Of a stretch of DNA of 39,978 bases, positions 24,113-33,416 are shown in pieces (the first letter of the stretch is position 1; the number at the start of each line of letters is the position of its first letter). Source of the DNA: Candidatus Limnocylindria bacterium. Its GTDB lineage: Bacteria; Chloroflexota; Limnocylindria; P2-11E. The position numbers and the translations under genes were made by a program. The notes under the pieces are model-generated. The model was given only the letters and a program-made list of their open reading frames with translations, was not told where the DNA came from and ran no database searches. The stretch lies in the NCBI GenBank assembly GCA_044866725.1, contig JBIOUD010000150.1:1-39978 (forward strand), given 5' to 3'.

Positions 24113-25077
24113 GAGACTCGTGCCCCCTCGCGCGATCGCGCTCGCCAATAGTCCAGCAGATCGCGGAGGGACGTCTCGAGGGGCGTGGTCGGCTCCCAGC
24201 CCGTTCGCTCGCGGAACCGCGACGAGTCGAGCGCGAGCGTGGCCGCGGTGCCCTGTCTCGTGCGGGCAGGGTCGAGCTCGGCGCGCAACGGTATGCGTGC
24301 CGACCGCATCAGCAGCGACAGGACGTGCTGGATCGTGACCGCACGACCGGTCCCGACATTGAAGACTTCGGCACCGGGGCCGCCGATCGCCACGGCGCGT
24401 GCGTACGCGTCGGCCATGTCACGCACATCCAAGAAGTCACGCCGAGCGTCGAGTGACCCGTGACGCACCACCGGTTCGGTCTGGCCCGCCTCCGCTTCGG
24501 CGATCTGCTTCGCGAACGCGGAGGCGACGAGGCCCGGATGCTGTCGCGGACCGATCTGGTTCGTCGGCCGCAAGACGACGACAGGTCGGCGTTCGCGGTC
24601 CCCGACCTCACGCGCGAGCGCCTCGGCCGCGACCTTCGTCGCCGCGTACGGATTCTCGGGATGTATCTCGGCCCGCTCGTGGACGGGGTTGGTCGTTGGC
24701 GAGCCGTACACCTCGGCGCTCGACGCGAGGACGAGCGACGCATCCGGTGCGGCGTCGAGCGCGCTCAGCAGCGCGGCTGTGCCAAGGACGTTCACGCGCA
24801 CCGCGCGCACGGGATCGCGCGCGGCCTCGGTCGGGATGGCCTGTCCCGCGAGGTGGACGACCGCATCGGGCTTCGCGTGGGTCAACGCGCGGCGCAGGTC
24901 TTCCACGGAGGTGATGTCGCCGTGATGGAGATGCAGGTCGTTCGCGACCGCCGCGAGATTCGGGTGCGGCGGATCCTCGAACGCGAGACCGTGCACCTCG
25001 TCGCCGACGGCGACGAGCCGTTCAGCCAGATGGCTGCCGGCGAATCCGGTGATGCCCGTGATGAAGACGCGGCGCAC
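24109..25077 (-). CDS. NAD-dependent NDP-sugar epimerase/dehydratase family protein
   Basis: The Rossmann motif is ITGITGFAGSHL and the catalytic motif is YAATK. GTG start. Confidence 0.85.
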   Translation of the reverse strand: MRRVFITGITGFAGSHLAERLVAVGDEVHGLAFEDPPHPNLAAVANDLHLHHGDITSVEDLRRALTHAKPDAVVHLAGQAIPTEAARDPVRAVRVNVLGTAALLSALDAAPDASLVLASSAEVYGSPTTNPVHERAEIHPENPYAATKVAAEALAREVGDRERRPVVVLRPTNQIGPRQHPGLVASAFAKQIAEAEAGQTEPVVRHGSLDARRDFLDVRDMADAYARAVAIGGPGAEVFNVGTGRAVTIQHVLSLLMRSARIPLRAELDPARTRQGTAATLALDSSRFRERTGWEPTTPLETSLRDLLDYWRARSREGARVS

Positions 25078-25121
25078 CGGAGAAGGCTACCCAACGCGCG
25101 GCGAGCGGCCCGATCGTTTGG

Positions 25122-27458
25122 CTATCCCGCCGCGGCGGGGACCGGCTCGGCCGCGAGTGGCAAGCGGATCGTGAACGTGCTGCCGCGCCCCTCAGCGCTC
25201 GTGACATCCACGCTCCCGCGATGCTGCTCGACGACCTGCCGAACGATGGCTAGGCCGACCCCACTCCCGGCGATGCGACCGGCGACGTTCGCGCCGCGCG
25301 TGAAGCGCTCGAAGATGCGCGCGCGGTCCGTCTCGGGGATGCCGATGCCCTCGTCGATGACATCGATGACCGCGGTGTCCCCGTGCTCGACACCGACGCG
25401 GACGCGCACCTTGCCATCGGGGCGGTTGTACTTGATCGCGTTGCCGACGAGGTTCGAGAGGGCGCGCTCGAGACGCGAGCGGTCCCACTCGCCGACGACC
25501 GGCCCATCAGCTTCGACCGAGAGCACCTGACCATGCGCGAGCTGCACCGACTCGGCCACGACCGTGCGCGCGAGGTCGACGAGGTCGAACCGCGTCGGCC
25601 GCACGCCGACGCTCGGATCGGCCTGGCGGCGTACGAGTTCCAGCAGCTCCTCGATGAAGGCGGTCATGCGAGCGACCGAGCCAAGGATCCTCGTGATGGC
25701 CGGCTCCGGCGAAGACTGTCCGTCCTCGCGCTGCTGCTTGCGCTGGACCATCTGAGCGGACGCGCTGATCACCGTGAGCGGCGTCTTCAACTCGTGCGCG
25801 ACCGCCGAGAGGAAGTCATCGCGCGTCCGCACGGACTGCTGCACTTCGTAGAAGAGACGCGCGTTCTCGACCGAGAGCGCGATCCGGCGCGCAAGCTGCT
25901 TCGCGAGGTCGAAGTCCTCCTCGGTGAAGTGGCGTCCAGACCCTGATGTCAGGAACGTGACCGCGCCAAGGATCCGGTCACCGACGAGGAGCGGCATCGC
26001 GATGAACGATCGCGGGCCGAGCTTGCGGTAGAGCTCCAGCTCGTCAGGATGGCGCGCGACGCCGGCGAGGAACTCATCGCTGATCCGGGTCATGAGCACG
26101 GGCGCGCCGCTCGTGATGGCCCGCGCGATCGGGCCGTGCGACTCCGCCGATGGCTGGGACGGCGGGAACCGCTCGTGGAGCTCGCGCGCGAGGTGCTCGA
26201 GCGCCGGGTCGGCCGTCGCGACCGCGGCGCGCGCGAGGACGCCTCCCTCCATGACGTCGACGACGCACCAGTCCGCGAACCCGGGCACGGCGACGCGAGA
26301 CGCGCGACGAAGGCTGTCCGCGTAATCGAGCGACGACGAGAGCGAGTCACCCGCGGCTGCGAGCAACCGGAGCTCGTCCTCGCGCCGGGCGACCGCACTC
26401 TGCATGGTGCGCATCGCCGTCGCGAGCCGTTCGACCTCGACTCCCCCGCCCTCGGACGTCGGGATCATCGGGCGCTCGCCGCGCGCGATCCCCGACGCGA
26501 CCTCGGAGAGCTCGAGGAGCGGGCGCGCGAGCCGCGTCGCGATGAAAGTCGCGATGAGGCCTGCCGCCGTGAGCGCCGCGATGACCGCGATGACGTCCGA
26601 CAGCAGCCGTGATGCGAGCTCAGCGTCAAGACCCGCGACCGGGCGCGCGATCGACATGACCCAGCCGGCTCGCGCGATGGGCACGAGCGCACCGAACTGC
26701 GGATCGCCGCCGAACGGCGTCGCGACGCCGTCGATCGGCACCGTCTTGCCGGCGAGCGCGTCCTTCACGCCGGGCGCGGCCGACACGTCGATCTCAGAGG
26801 TCGCCGGCTCTTTGCGCCCGGAGTCGTACACGACTCGCCCCGTTTCATCGATGAGGGCCAGACGCGCATCGGGCGGGTAGTCGGGCCGCAGGACTTCGAT
26901 GACCTTCTCGGGGTAGAAGGCGGTGACGACGTAGCCACGCGTCTGGCCGCTTGCGTTGCGGATCGGCTCGCCGAAGGCGACGGTGATCGCGGCGGACTGG
27001 AGCCCGGTGATCGACCCGCTCCACACCTTTGGCGCTCCTGACTTGAGCGCGACCATATACGGCCGGCTCGAGAGGTCGACGCCGACGCCCTCGCCGGTCC
27101 CGGTCGCGACGACCTTTCCCGATGTGTCGGTGATGAAGTACGCGCGGATCTCGGGGTACTGCTTCATCACGGAGCTCAGGAATTGGCCGAACGTCGCCTG
27201 GTCCAACGGCTGCGTCGATGCTCCGAGGAGGCCGGCGATCGCGAACGTCGAGTTCTCGAGGTCGCGAAGGAAGCTCTCGACGATCGCGGCGCCGTCGCGC
27301 GCGGCCGTCGTCGTGGACGCCGCCTCCGCGGCACGACGGTCGCGGAGCTGGTCGTTGTACGACAGCGCGACGACGACGACCAGCGGCAGCGCAAGCGCGC
27401 CGACGAGGATGATCAAGCGCTGCGCAAGCGTCAGCGGTCGGCGCAGGAGCGAACGCAT
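25122..27458 (-). CDS. Sensor histidine kinase (TM - Cache-like - TM - HAMP - GAF - HisKA - HATPase)
   Basis: The H-box is FLSAVAHELKTPL, the N-box is LVGNAIKYN, G1 is DEGIGI and G2 is GSGVGLAIV. The N-terminal TM is followed by an extracellular region of about 250 aa. Confidence 0.9.
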   Translation of the reverse strand: MRSLLRRPLTLAQRLIILVGALALPLVVVVALSYNDQLRDRRAAEAASTTTAARDGAAIVESFLRDLENSTFAIAGLLGASTQPLDQATFGQFLSSVMKQYPEIRAYFITDTSGKVVATGTGEGVGVDLSSRPYMVALKSGAPKVWSGSITGLQSAAITVAFGEPIRNASGQTRGYVVTAFYPEKVIEVLRPDYPPDARLALIDETGRVVYDSGRKEPATSEIDVSAAPGVKDALAGKTVPIDGVATPFGGDPQFGALVPIARAGWVMSIARPVAGLDAELASRLLSDVIAVIAALTAAGLIATFIATRLARPLLELSEVASGIARGERPMIPTSEGGGVEVERLATAMRTMQSAVARREDELRLLAAAGDSLSSSLDYADSLRRASRVAVPGFADWCVVDVMEGGVLARAAVATADPALEHLARELHERFPPSQPSAESHGPIARAITSGAPVLMTRISDEFLAGVARHPDELELYRKLGPRSFIAMPLLVGDRILGAVTFLTSGSGRHFTEEDFDLAKQLARRIALSVENARLFYEVQQSVRTRDDFLSAVAHELKTPLTVISASAQMVQRKQQREDGQSSPEPAITRILGSVARMTAFIEELLELVRRQADPSVGVRPTRFDLVDLARTVVAESVQLAHGQVLSVEADGPVVGEWDRSRLERALSNLVGNAIKYNRPDGKVRVRVGVEHGDTAVIDVIDEGIGIPETDRARIFERFTRGANVAGRIAGSGVGLAIVRQVVEQHRGSVDVTSAEGRGSTFTIRLPLAAEPVPAAAG

Positions 27459-27533
27459 CTCGACTCATTCTGCGGGCAGGCGCCGTAAAGAACGAGAGAG
27501 CTCGGTTGGTCCGCCGCTCGTTATCCTCGGCGC

Positions 27534-27908
27534 GTGCCGACTGGCCCGACACGACGTGTCCTCGTCGTAGACGATGAGCCACAGGTGCGCGCGACCGTGC
27601 GTGAAGCGCTCGCGCTGGAAGGCTATGAAGTCACGGAGGCGAGCAACGGAGCGGAGGCGCTCGCGCTGCTGCAAACGGCGCAGCCCGAGGCCATCGTCCT
27701 CGACCTCTGGATGCCGGTGATGGATGGCTGGACTTTCCGGCGCGCGCAGCTCGCGTCGCATCCGCAGATCCCGGTGATCGTCGTCTCCGCGCTCGACCTC
27801 TCGAGCGAACGTGTCGAAGAGTTGCGCGCCAGCGCGATCATCGGTAAGCCGTTCGACCTCGACACGCTCTACGCGGCCGTGGAGGACGTCCTCAAGAAAC
27901 GGGCCTAG
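27534..27908 (+). CDS. Single-domain CheY-like response regulator
   Basis: Motifs seen: VLVVDDE, LDLWMPVMDG and IIGKPF. There is no output domain. It is divergent from the kinase. Confidence 0.9.
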   Translation: MPTGPTRRVLVVDDEPQVRATVREALALEGYEVTEASNGAEALALLQTAQPEAIVLDLWMPVMDGWTFRRAQLASHPQIPVIVVSALDLSSERVEELRASAIIGKPFDLDTLYAAVEDVLKKRA

Positions 27909-28567
27909 CGCGCCGCGCGCGCGATGAGCATGCCGGCCTGGCGCGTGACCGGTAGAGCGAAGTCGAAGCGGTCGACCTGGCAGGCGAGCTCCGCATCACG
28001 CCGAGGGAACCAGTCGGGCCAGCCGCTCGCGAGGTGGTCGCCCGGTAGATAGATCGGCGGGATCACCGGTCGCTCACCTCGCATCAGGCCGGCGATGTAG
28101 TCAGCGCACGCGACGTCCTCGTTCCGTCCCGCATCGTTCGGACCCATCGCGACGATGGCCACCTCATCCGCGACGCCCGCGAGGTAGCGAGCCGTCGCGC
28201 CAGCGATCACGAGCGAGCCGAGCAGGATCGCGCGGGCGTTACTCGCGGCGACGACGCCCTGAGTGCCGGAGCTCGTCCGCTGGACGACGCGTCGGCCGCT
28301 GAGATCGAGCCGCTCGATGACCGACGGCGAGTTGCCCACGTCGAAGCCGGGGATGGGCTTGCCCTCGATCTCGCCGCTGAGGAAGAGCGACGCGTCGCCC
28401 TGTTTCATACGCAGCGCCTCCTCGTGGTCCGCGAGGAGCACGATCTCGCGCGCGCCGGCGGCAACGCAGAACGCCGCGGTCGTGAACGCGCGGAACACGT
28501 CGACGATGACGGCGTGCCCTTTCGCGTCCCGCGCACCCTCAAGACCGAGCGCGACGTGGACGTTCAA
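27905..28567 (-). CDS. 2-phosphosulfolactate phosphatase (ComB) family protein
   Basis: AVIVDVFRAFTTAA and VQRTSSGTQG are typical of the ComB family. The TTG start forms a TTGA overlap with the permease stop. Confidence 0.72.
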   Translation of the reverse strand: MNVHVALGLEGARDAKGHAVIVDVFRAFTTAAFCVAAGAREIVLLADHEEALRMKQGDASLFLSGEIEGKPIPGFDVGNSPSVIERLDLSGRRVVQRTSSGTQGVVAASNARAILLGSLVIAGATARYLAGVADEVAIVAMGPNDAGRNEDVACADYIAGLMRGERPVIPPIYLPGDHLASGWPDWFPRRDAELACQVDRFDFALPVTRQAGMLIARAAR

Positions 28568-30555
28568 CGCGTGCGCGTGACCTGGCCCGTCGCGAGGTCA
28601 TAGCGAAACGACGCGAACGCCGCCGCCGGCGCCTGTGGGGTCGTCGCGAGCTGCACGTAGTCGACACGAACGGACGGCGCGGCGTCGTTCATGACGAAGG
28701 CGTTCGCGGTCCACGCGGCATTTCCGGCCCGTGCCCAGCCGTCACGCACTTCGCGACCGCCGCCCCGCTCGACGACCTGGAAGGCGGCGGCGATGTCGAA
28801 CGCCTCGGGGAGCGCAGGTGGACGCGCGGAGATCTGGCCGACGTTCACGACCGTCTGAGTGCCGACGGAGACGTTCACCGAACGTCGGTCGTCTTGATCC
28901 AATCGTACGAAGCTGAACGACATCGACACCGGGCGATCCGCACCGAAGCCGGTCGAGAGAGGCGGCGCTTGTGCACGCCAGATCGCATTCGCACCGGTGA
29001 CCATCACGGGCCCGTTGAGCGCCGTCCGGGCCTGGATCCGAGCGAGCCCGAACAGATGCGCCTGTGCCGGCGGCGCGCCCGTGTTCGCGTCGATCGCCGC
29101 ATCGATCGTCGGTTGGCCCACGATCGAGCCGCTCGTGTAGAGAGCGCGGTACAGCGGGATGCCGAGCTCCGGCTCCTGCGTAAGCACGACCCGGACAAGC
29201 CACGTGCGCGTGTTGCTCCGAAAACCGCCACCGCCGACCCGCTCGGCACTCGCCAGCGCGTCCTGCCACGTCGCCTTCCACTCACCGAGCGGAGTGTCCC
29301 CGAGGATGAGTCCGTCCTCCTCGTCGCGCTTCGTCTCCATCGCGTTCTGGTCCCCGTCGGGGAACCCGACGCGGACGTAGGCCGTAACGCCGCTCGACTT
29401 GAAGTAGAAGTTGTACTTCTCCGGCCGCTCGAGCGCGTGCGAGTCGGAGCGCAGGCGCACGACCGCCGCAACGAGCGGTGCGCCGGGCTCGACCTTCGCG
29501 ACGGACTCACGCGCGAGGCGCAACGCGTCGTCGAAAGCCAGCGAGGTCGCGCGCGCCTGGCTCACGCCGAAGAACACTCCACTCGCGATCGCGACGGCGG
29601 CGAGGCTCCGGCCGAGCAGCCCAAGGCCCCGTGGCGAGAGCGAGAGACGCGAGAACGGGTCGGTGGCGTTGCGCACGCCCTCGCCCAGGAGGTTGAAGAC
29701 GAACACCGCGGCGCAGACGACGACCCCGGGGACGAACGCGACGTACTGGTTGCTGAAGGCGTACTGCTGCGCTCCGGCGAGCATCTGTCCCCACTCGGGC
29801 GCGCGGTCGCGTGCGGGAAGGATCGGCCGGTTCTGCGCGTCGACGAGGAACGCGCCGCCGGACATGAATACGCCGAGGAATCCGAGCTCGGCGAGAAGCA
29901 GAAGGGTCGAACCGGCCTCGAGCGAAAAGAGGCCGAAGAGCTGCGGAGCGAGGCCGCGAAGGACGTGACGCCGGAGCAGACCCGACGTTCGGGCGCCGAG
30001 CGCTCGCGCGGCTTCGACATATCCCGTCGCGCGGATGCGCACGACTTCGCTGCGCACGAACTGCGCACCCTCGGCCCAGCCGACGAGACCGAGCGCGAGC
30101 GTGAACCCGAGGACCGCGTGCTCCCGCAAGGCGACGGCGATGAGCAGGGCAAGGAGAAATTGAGGGATTCCCCCAACGGCGTTCGTGATCGTCGCGAGGC
30201 CACGGTCGACGACGCCACCGAACCATCCGCCGAGGACGCCAACGACGATCGCGAGCGACGCACGAATGAACAGCGCAAGCAGCACGACGGTGAAAGTGAG
30301 GCGGGCGCCGTAGAGAACGCGCGCGAGCTGATCGCGCCCGAGCGGGTCGGTGCCGAGGGGGTACCACTGATCAGGCGGCGAAGGCGGCACCGCGAACTTG
30401 CCGTCCGGGAAGAAGAGGACGATGCGTTGCGCGTTCGGGTCCCCGGCGGCGAGCTGCGGCCCGAACAGCGCGACCACCGCGAGCGCAAGTGCTCCAACAA
30501 GCCCGGCGACGAGCGCCGGGTTCGCGATGACTCGACGGAGGTCGTCGCGCGTCAT
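28564..30555 (-). CDS. DppC/OppC-type ABC permease fused to an extra TM helix and a ~330-aa C-terminal extracytoplasmic domain
   Basis: The permease core runs to residue 300 (PLGTDPLGRDQLARVLYGARL...FNLLGEGVRNATDP). It is followed by the TM LGLLGRSLAAVAIASGVFFGV and 332 further residues. I trimmed the 841-aa track ORF to ATG 30555, which forms an ATGA overlap. Confidence 0.8.
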   Translation of the reverse strand: MTRDDLRRVIANPALVAGLVGALALAVVALFGPQLAAGDPNAQRIVLFFPDGKFAVPPSPPDQWYPLGTDPLGRDQLARVLYGARLTFTVVLLALFIRASLAIVVGVLGGWFGGVVDRGLATITNAVGGIPQFLLALLIAVALREHAVLGFTLALGLVGWAEGAQFVRSEVVRIRATGYVEAARALGARTSGLLRRHVLRGLAPQLFGLFSLEAGSTLLLLAELGFLGVFMSGGAFLVDAQNRPILPARDRAPEWGQMLAGAQQYAFSNQYVAFVPGVVVCAAVFVFNLLGEGVRNATDPFSRLSLSPRGLGLLGRSLAAVAIASGVFFGVSQARATSLAFDDALRLARESVAKVEPGAPLVAAVVRLRSDSHALERPEKYNFYFKSSGVTAYVRVGFPDGDQNAMETKRDEEDGLILGDTPLGEWKATWQDALASAERVGGGGFRSNTRTWLVRVVLTQEPELGIPLYRALYTSGSIVGQPTIDAAIDANTGAPPAQAHLFGLARIQARTALNGPVMVTGANAIWRAQAPPLSTGFGADRPVSMSFSFVRLDQDDRRSVNVSVGTQTVVNVGQISARPPALPEAFDIAAAFQVVERGGGREVRDGWARAGNAAWTANAFVMNDAAPSVRVDYVQLATTPQAPAAAFASFRYDLATGQVTRTR

Positions 30556-31379
30556 CTCGCGGTCACCGCGATCGCGCGGGACGCGGCGGTGATGGCGAGG
30601 CCGAGGAGCGACGTCGTGAGTGCAAAGACCACGGCGGTGAGCGTCGCGAACGGGATGTCGCCCTTCGCGAGCGCGAGCACGAACCCGTAGCCCGCCCCGT
30701 TCCACGTGAACATGTACTCGACGATCGCGAGCGATGACAGGCTCGTCTTCGCGCCGAGCGCCAGGCCCGCCAGGATGGCTGGCGCGGCATTGCGCATCAC
30801 GTGGCGCGTCGCGATGAGGAGCGGACCGAGGCCCTTCGCGAGCGCGGTCACGACGTGCGGTGCGTGCTGCGCCTCGTCGAGCGCGGTCGCGGTGGTGCGG
30901 AACACGTATGCCGCAGGCCGCATCGCGAGCGCGATCGCCGGCAGGATGATGTGCGCGTCGAGCCCAAAGCCGCCGGACACCGGCGCGATGAGCTTCTGCG
31001 TCCGCAAGTACACGAACACGACGACGAGCTGCAGAAGCAGCGCCCAGAAGAAGGACGGCAGCGACGCGCCGACGGTGCCGACGGTCCACGCCGCGGCGCG
31101 GATGGAGCGCCGGCCCGTGAACGCGTACGCGACCCCGGCGAGGAGGCCGATCGCGATAGCGGCCGCGAGCGCGGCGGCGAGCAGGATCGCGCTCCGGCTC
31201 ACCGCCGTCCAGAGCGCCTCGGGGAGCGAGAGCCCGCGGAACGGCTCGCGGCCGACGAGGAGCAGGCCGAGGGTGAGATCGGTGAGCGGGGCGGCGTGGA
31301 TGCTCGCGTCAGTCAGCCAGACGATGAGGAGGACCGTGAGGAGGGTCGACGCGGTCCCGATGAGCAGGCGGCGGCGCAT
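30552..31379 (-). CDS. DppB/OppB-type ABC permease
   Basis: The sequence is MRRRLLIGTASTLLTVLLIV...ASLPSFFWALLLQLVVVF...VVTALAKGLG. I trimmed the track ORF to ATG 31379. Confidence 0.8.
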   Translation of the reverse strand: MRRRLLIGTASTLLTVLLIVWLTDASIHAAPLTDLTLGLLLVGREPFRGLSLPEALWTAVSRSAILLAAALAAAIAIGLLAGVAYAFTGRRSIRAAAWTVGTVGASLPSFFWALLLQLVVVFVYLRTQKLIAPVSGGFGLDAHIILPAIALAMRPAAYVFRTTATALDEAQHAPHVVTALAKGLGPLLIATRHVMRNAAPAILAGLALGAKTSLSSLAIVEYMFTWNGAGYGFVLALAKGDIPFATLTAVVFALTTSLLGLAITAASRAIAVTAR

Positions 31380-31387
31380 CGTCGTCT

Positions 31388-32569
31388 CTAGAGCACGGTC
31401 GCGGTGAACGGTCTGCGGCCCGTCTGGAACCGCTCGAGCGAGAGATCGGAGATGTCGAGCGCGCGCGCCTTTCCGTCGAGCATCTCCTCGACGATCAGGC
31501 GCGCGGTCGCCGGCGTGTGCATGAAGCCGTGCCCGCTGAATCCCGCCGCGATGTACAGGCCTTCGACGCCAGGCACCGCACCGACGATCGGGTGGTCGTC
31601 TGGCGTCATCTCGTAGTAGCAGGACCACGACGAGCGGATCTCCAGATCCGCGAACGCGGGGTGGCGCCACGCGGCGCGCGCCTTCACCCAGGGCTCCAGC
31701 GCTTGCGGCACCTCGAGCGGGGTGTACTCGCCGGGGTACGCCTTCGGCGGCGCACTCGGACCTTTCTCGATAGACCCGTCAGCGGTCAGGTTGGGCATCG
31801 CAAAACGGACCTGATTGGCTCTTGGGCGGAAGTGGAAGCCCGACTCCCACTCGATCGTCATCGGCGAACGGGAGAGCTGTGGGATCGGCTGCGACTCCAT
31901 GATCGAGCGCGCGTACGGCCAGATCGGCACGGTCACACCGGCCGTCGCCGCGAGCGGCGCGGTCCAGCACCCGGTCGCGAGGAGGACGCGATCCGCCGCG
32001 AGGACACCCTCGTCCGTCCGTACACCCGTCACGCGGTCGCCGTTCCGCACGACCTCGCGCACCGTGACCCCCTCGCGGATCTTCACGCCGCCGAGCGTCG
32101 CGAACGCGGCGAAGCCGGCGAGCGCCTGCAGCGGGTCGCCGTAGCCGTCCTCCGCGCCGAAGCGCCCTCCGGTGACGTCGTCGACGCGCATGCCCGGGAC
32201 GAGCTCGGCGATCTGGATGCGATCGACCATCTCGACATTCACGCCGACGCTCTCGTAGAGCGGCATCGGCTCGCGCAGCTGCGCGAGGCCCTCCTCGGTG
32301 TTCGCGATGAACAGGTAGCCGCGCTGACGGAAGTCGTGGCGCGCGGCGGTGAGGTCGTCGAAAGATCGCCAGAACGCGATCGCGAGCTTCGACATGCGGA
32401 CGTCCAGCTCGTCGACGAACTGCGTCCGGATGCCGCCAAGGCCGCCACGGCTCGTGCCGCTCCCGAGTTCGCCGCGCTCGAGCAGCGTGACGTCGGGCTC
32501 GCGCCGCTCCGCGAGGAAGTACGCGACCGCGGCGCCCACGACCCCGCCGCCGACGATGATCGTGCTCAC
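31388..32569 (-). CDS. FAD-dependent oxidoreductase (DAO / sarcosine-oxidase-beta-like)
   Basis: The dinucleotide fold is STIIVGGGVVGAAVAYFLA and the C-terminus has GFSGHGFMHTPA. GTG 32569 forms a GTGA overlap with the MBL gene stop. Confidence 0.85.
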   Translation of the reverse strand: MSTIIVGGGVVGAAVAYFLAERREPDVTLLERGELGSGTSRGGLGGIRTQFVDELDVRMSKLAIAFWRSFDDLTAARHDFRQRGYLFIANTEEGLAQLREPMPLYESVGVNVEMVDRIQIAELVPGMRVDDVTGGRFGAEDGYGDPLQALAGFAAFATLGGVKIREGVTVREVVRNGDRVTGVRTDEGVLAADRVLLATGCWTAPLAATAGVTVPIWPYARSIMESQPIPQLSRSPMTIEWESGFHFRPRANQVRFAMPNLTADGSIEKGPSAPPKAYPGEYTPLEVPQALEPWVKARAAWRHPAFADLEIRSSWSCYYEMTPDDHPIVGAVPGVEGLYIAAGFSGHGFMHTPATARLIVEEMLDGKARALDISDLSLERFQTGRRPFTATVL

Positions 32570-33396
32570 TCGATCTCCGTGAACCGGTAGCGGCCCTCTT
32601 CCTCCGTGATCCTGCCGAACCGAGGCACGTCGTGCGTGAAGGCGACGGCCCACTTCTCCTGGATCGCGCGCGGGAGGATGACCTTCTTCGCGGCGAGCGA
32701 ATCCAACGGGAAGAGGTCCTGCGACGGGATCCATGGAAGCGGCAGGTGGTGACGGTCGGGCATGAAGTCGGAGGAGAAGAAGAGCGTGTCTCGGCCGTCG
32801 GAGACGCGCACGGTCTGCGTCCCGCGGGTGTGACCCTGGATGCGGTCGAGGCGGATACCGGGCACGATCTCGACGGCCTCGTCAATGAGCTCGAGCTTCC
32901 CGGTCTCCTCGAGCGGCGCGAAGTCGTCGGGCAGGTACGAGGCACGCGTGCGCTCGTTCGGGCTGATCGCGTCGAGCCACTCGAGCCGCTGGAACACGTA
33001 GCTCGCGCGCGGGAACGTCGCGACGACGCGGTCGGACGCGCGATGGGTGTTCCCGCCGGCGTGATCGAAGTGGAGATGCGTATTGATGACGAGCGTGACC
33101 TCGTCGGGCCGCACGCCGCGCCGCGCGAGCTCGCCCAGCAGGCGCGGCGGCTCGTCGACGCCGAAGTTGCGCTTCTGCTTCTCGTTCAGCTTCGGGCCGG
33201 CGCCGGTCTCGACGAGAACGACGTTCGTCCCGTCGCGGATGAGCAGGCAGTTCATGTCCATCGCGACGCGGTTCAGCTCATCCGCGGGCTTCTGCTTCTC
33301 CCACAGCACCTTCGGCACGACGCCGAACATCGCGCCGCCGTCAAGGCGGAAGATGCCGTCGCTGAAGATCTCCACCTGGAAGCGCCCGATGCGCAC
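32566..33396 (-). CDS. MBL-fold metallo-hydrolase
   Basis: The metal motif is NTHLHFDHAGG, with downstream His/Asp ligands. GTG start. Confidence 0.85.
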   Translation of the reverse strand: MRIGRFQVEIFSDGIFRLDGGAMFGVVPKVLWEKQKPADELNRVAMDMNCLLIRDGTNVVLVETGAGPKLNEKQKRNFGVDEPPRLLGELARRGVRPDEVTLVINTHLHFDHAGGNTHRASDRVVATFPRASYVFQRLEWLDAISPNERTRASYLPDDFAPLEETGKLELIDEAVEIVPGIRLDRIQGHTRGTQTVRVSDGRDTLFFSSDFMPDRHHLPLPWIPSQDLFPLDSLAAKKVILPRAIQEKWAVAFTHDVPRFGRITEEEGRYRFTEIE

Positions 33397-33416
33397 GGAA
33401 GTCAGTATGGAGAGCC

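Noticed and set aside
20848-25530. Very long plus-strand ORFs (20848..22710 of 620 aa, 22391..23875 of 494 aa, 24460..25530 of 356 aa)
   Set aside because: They lie opposite genes with unambiguous catalytic motifs (Nudix box, SIS, TASHNP, YxxxK). Their translations are Arg/Ala/Asp/Glu-rich with no recognisable motifs. The same reasoning applies to 7541..8572, 11008..12414, 14521..15852, 28894..30690, 31517..32590, 32632..33720, 33782..34972 and 35786..36742.
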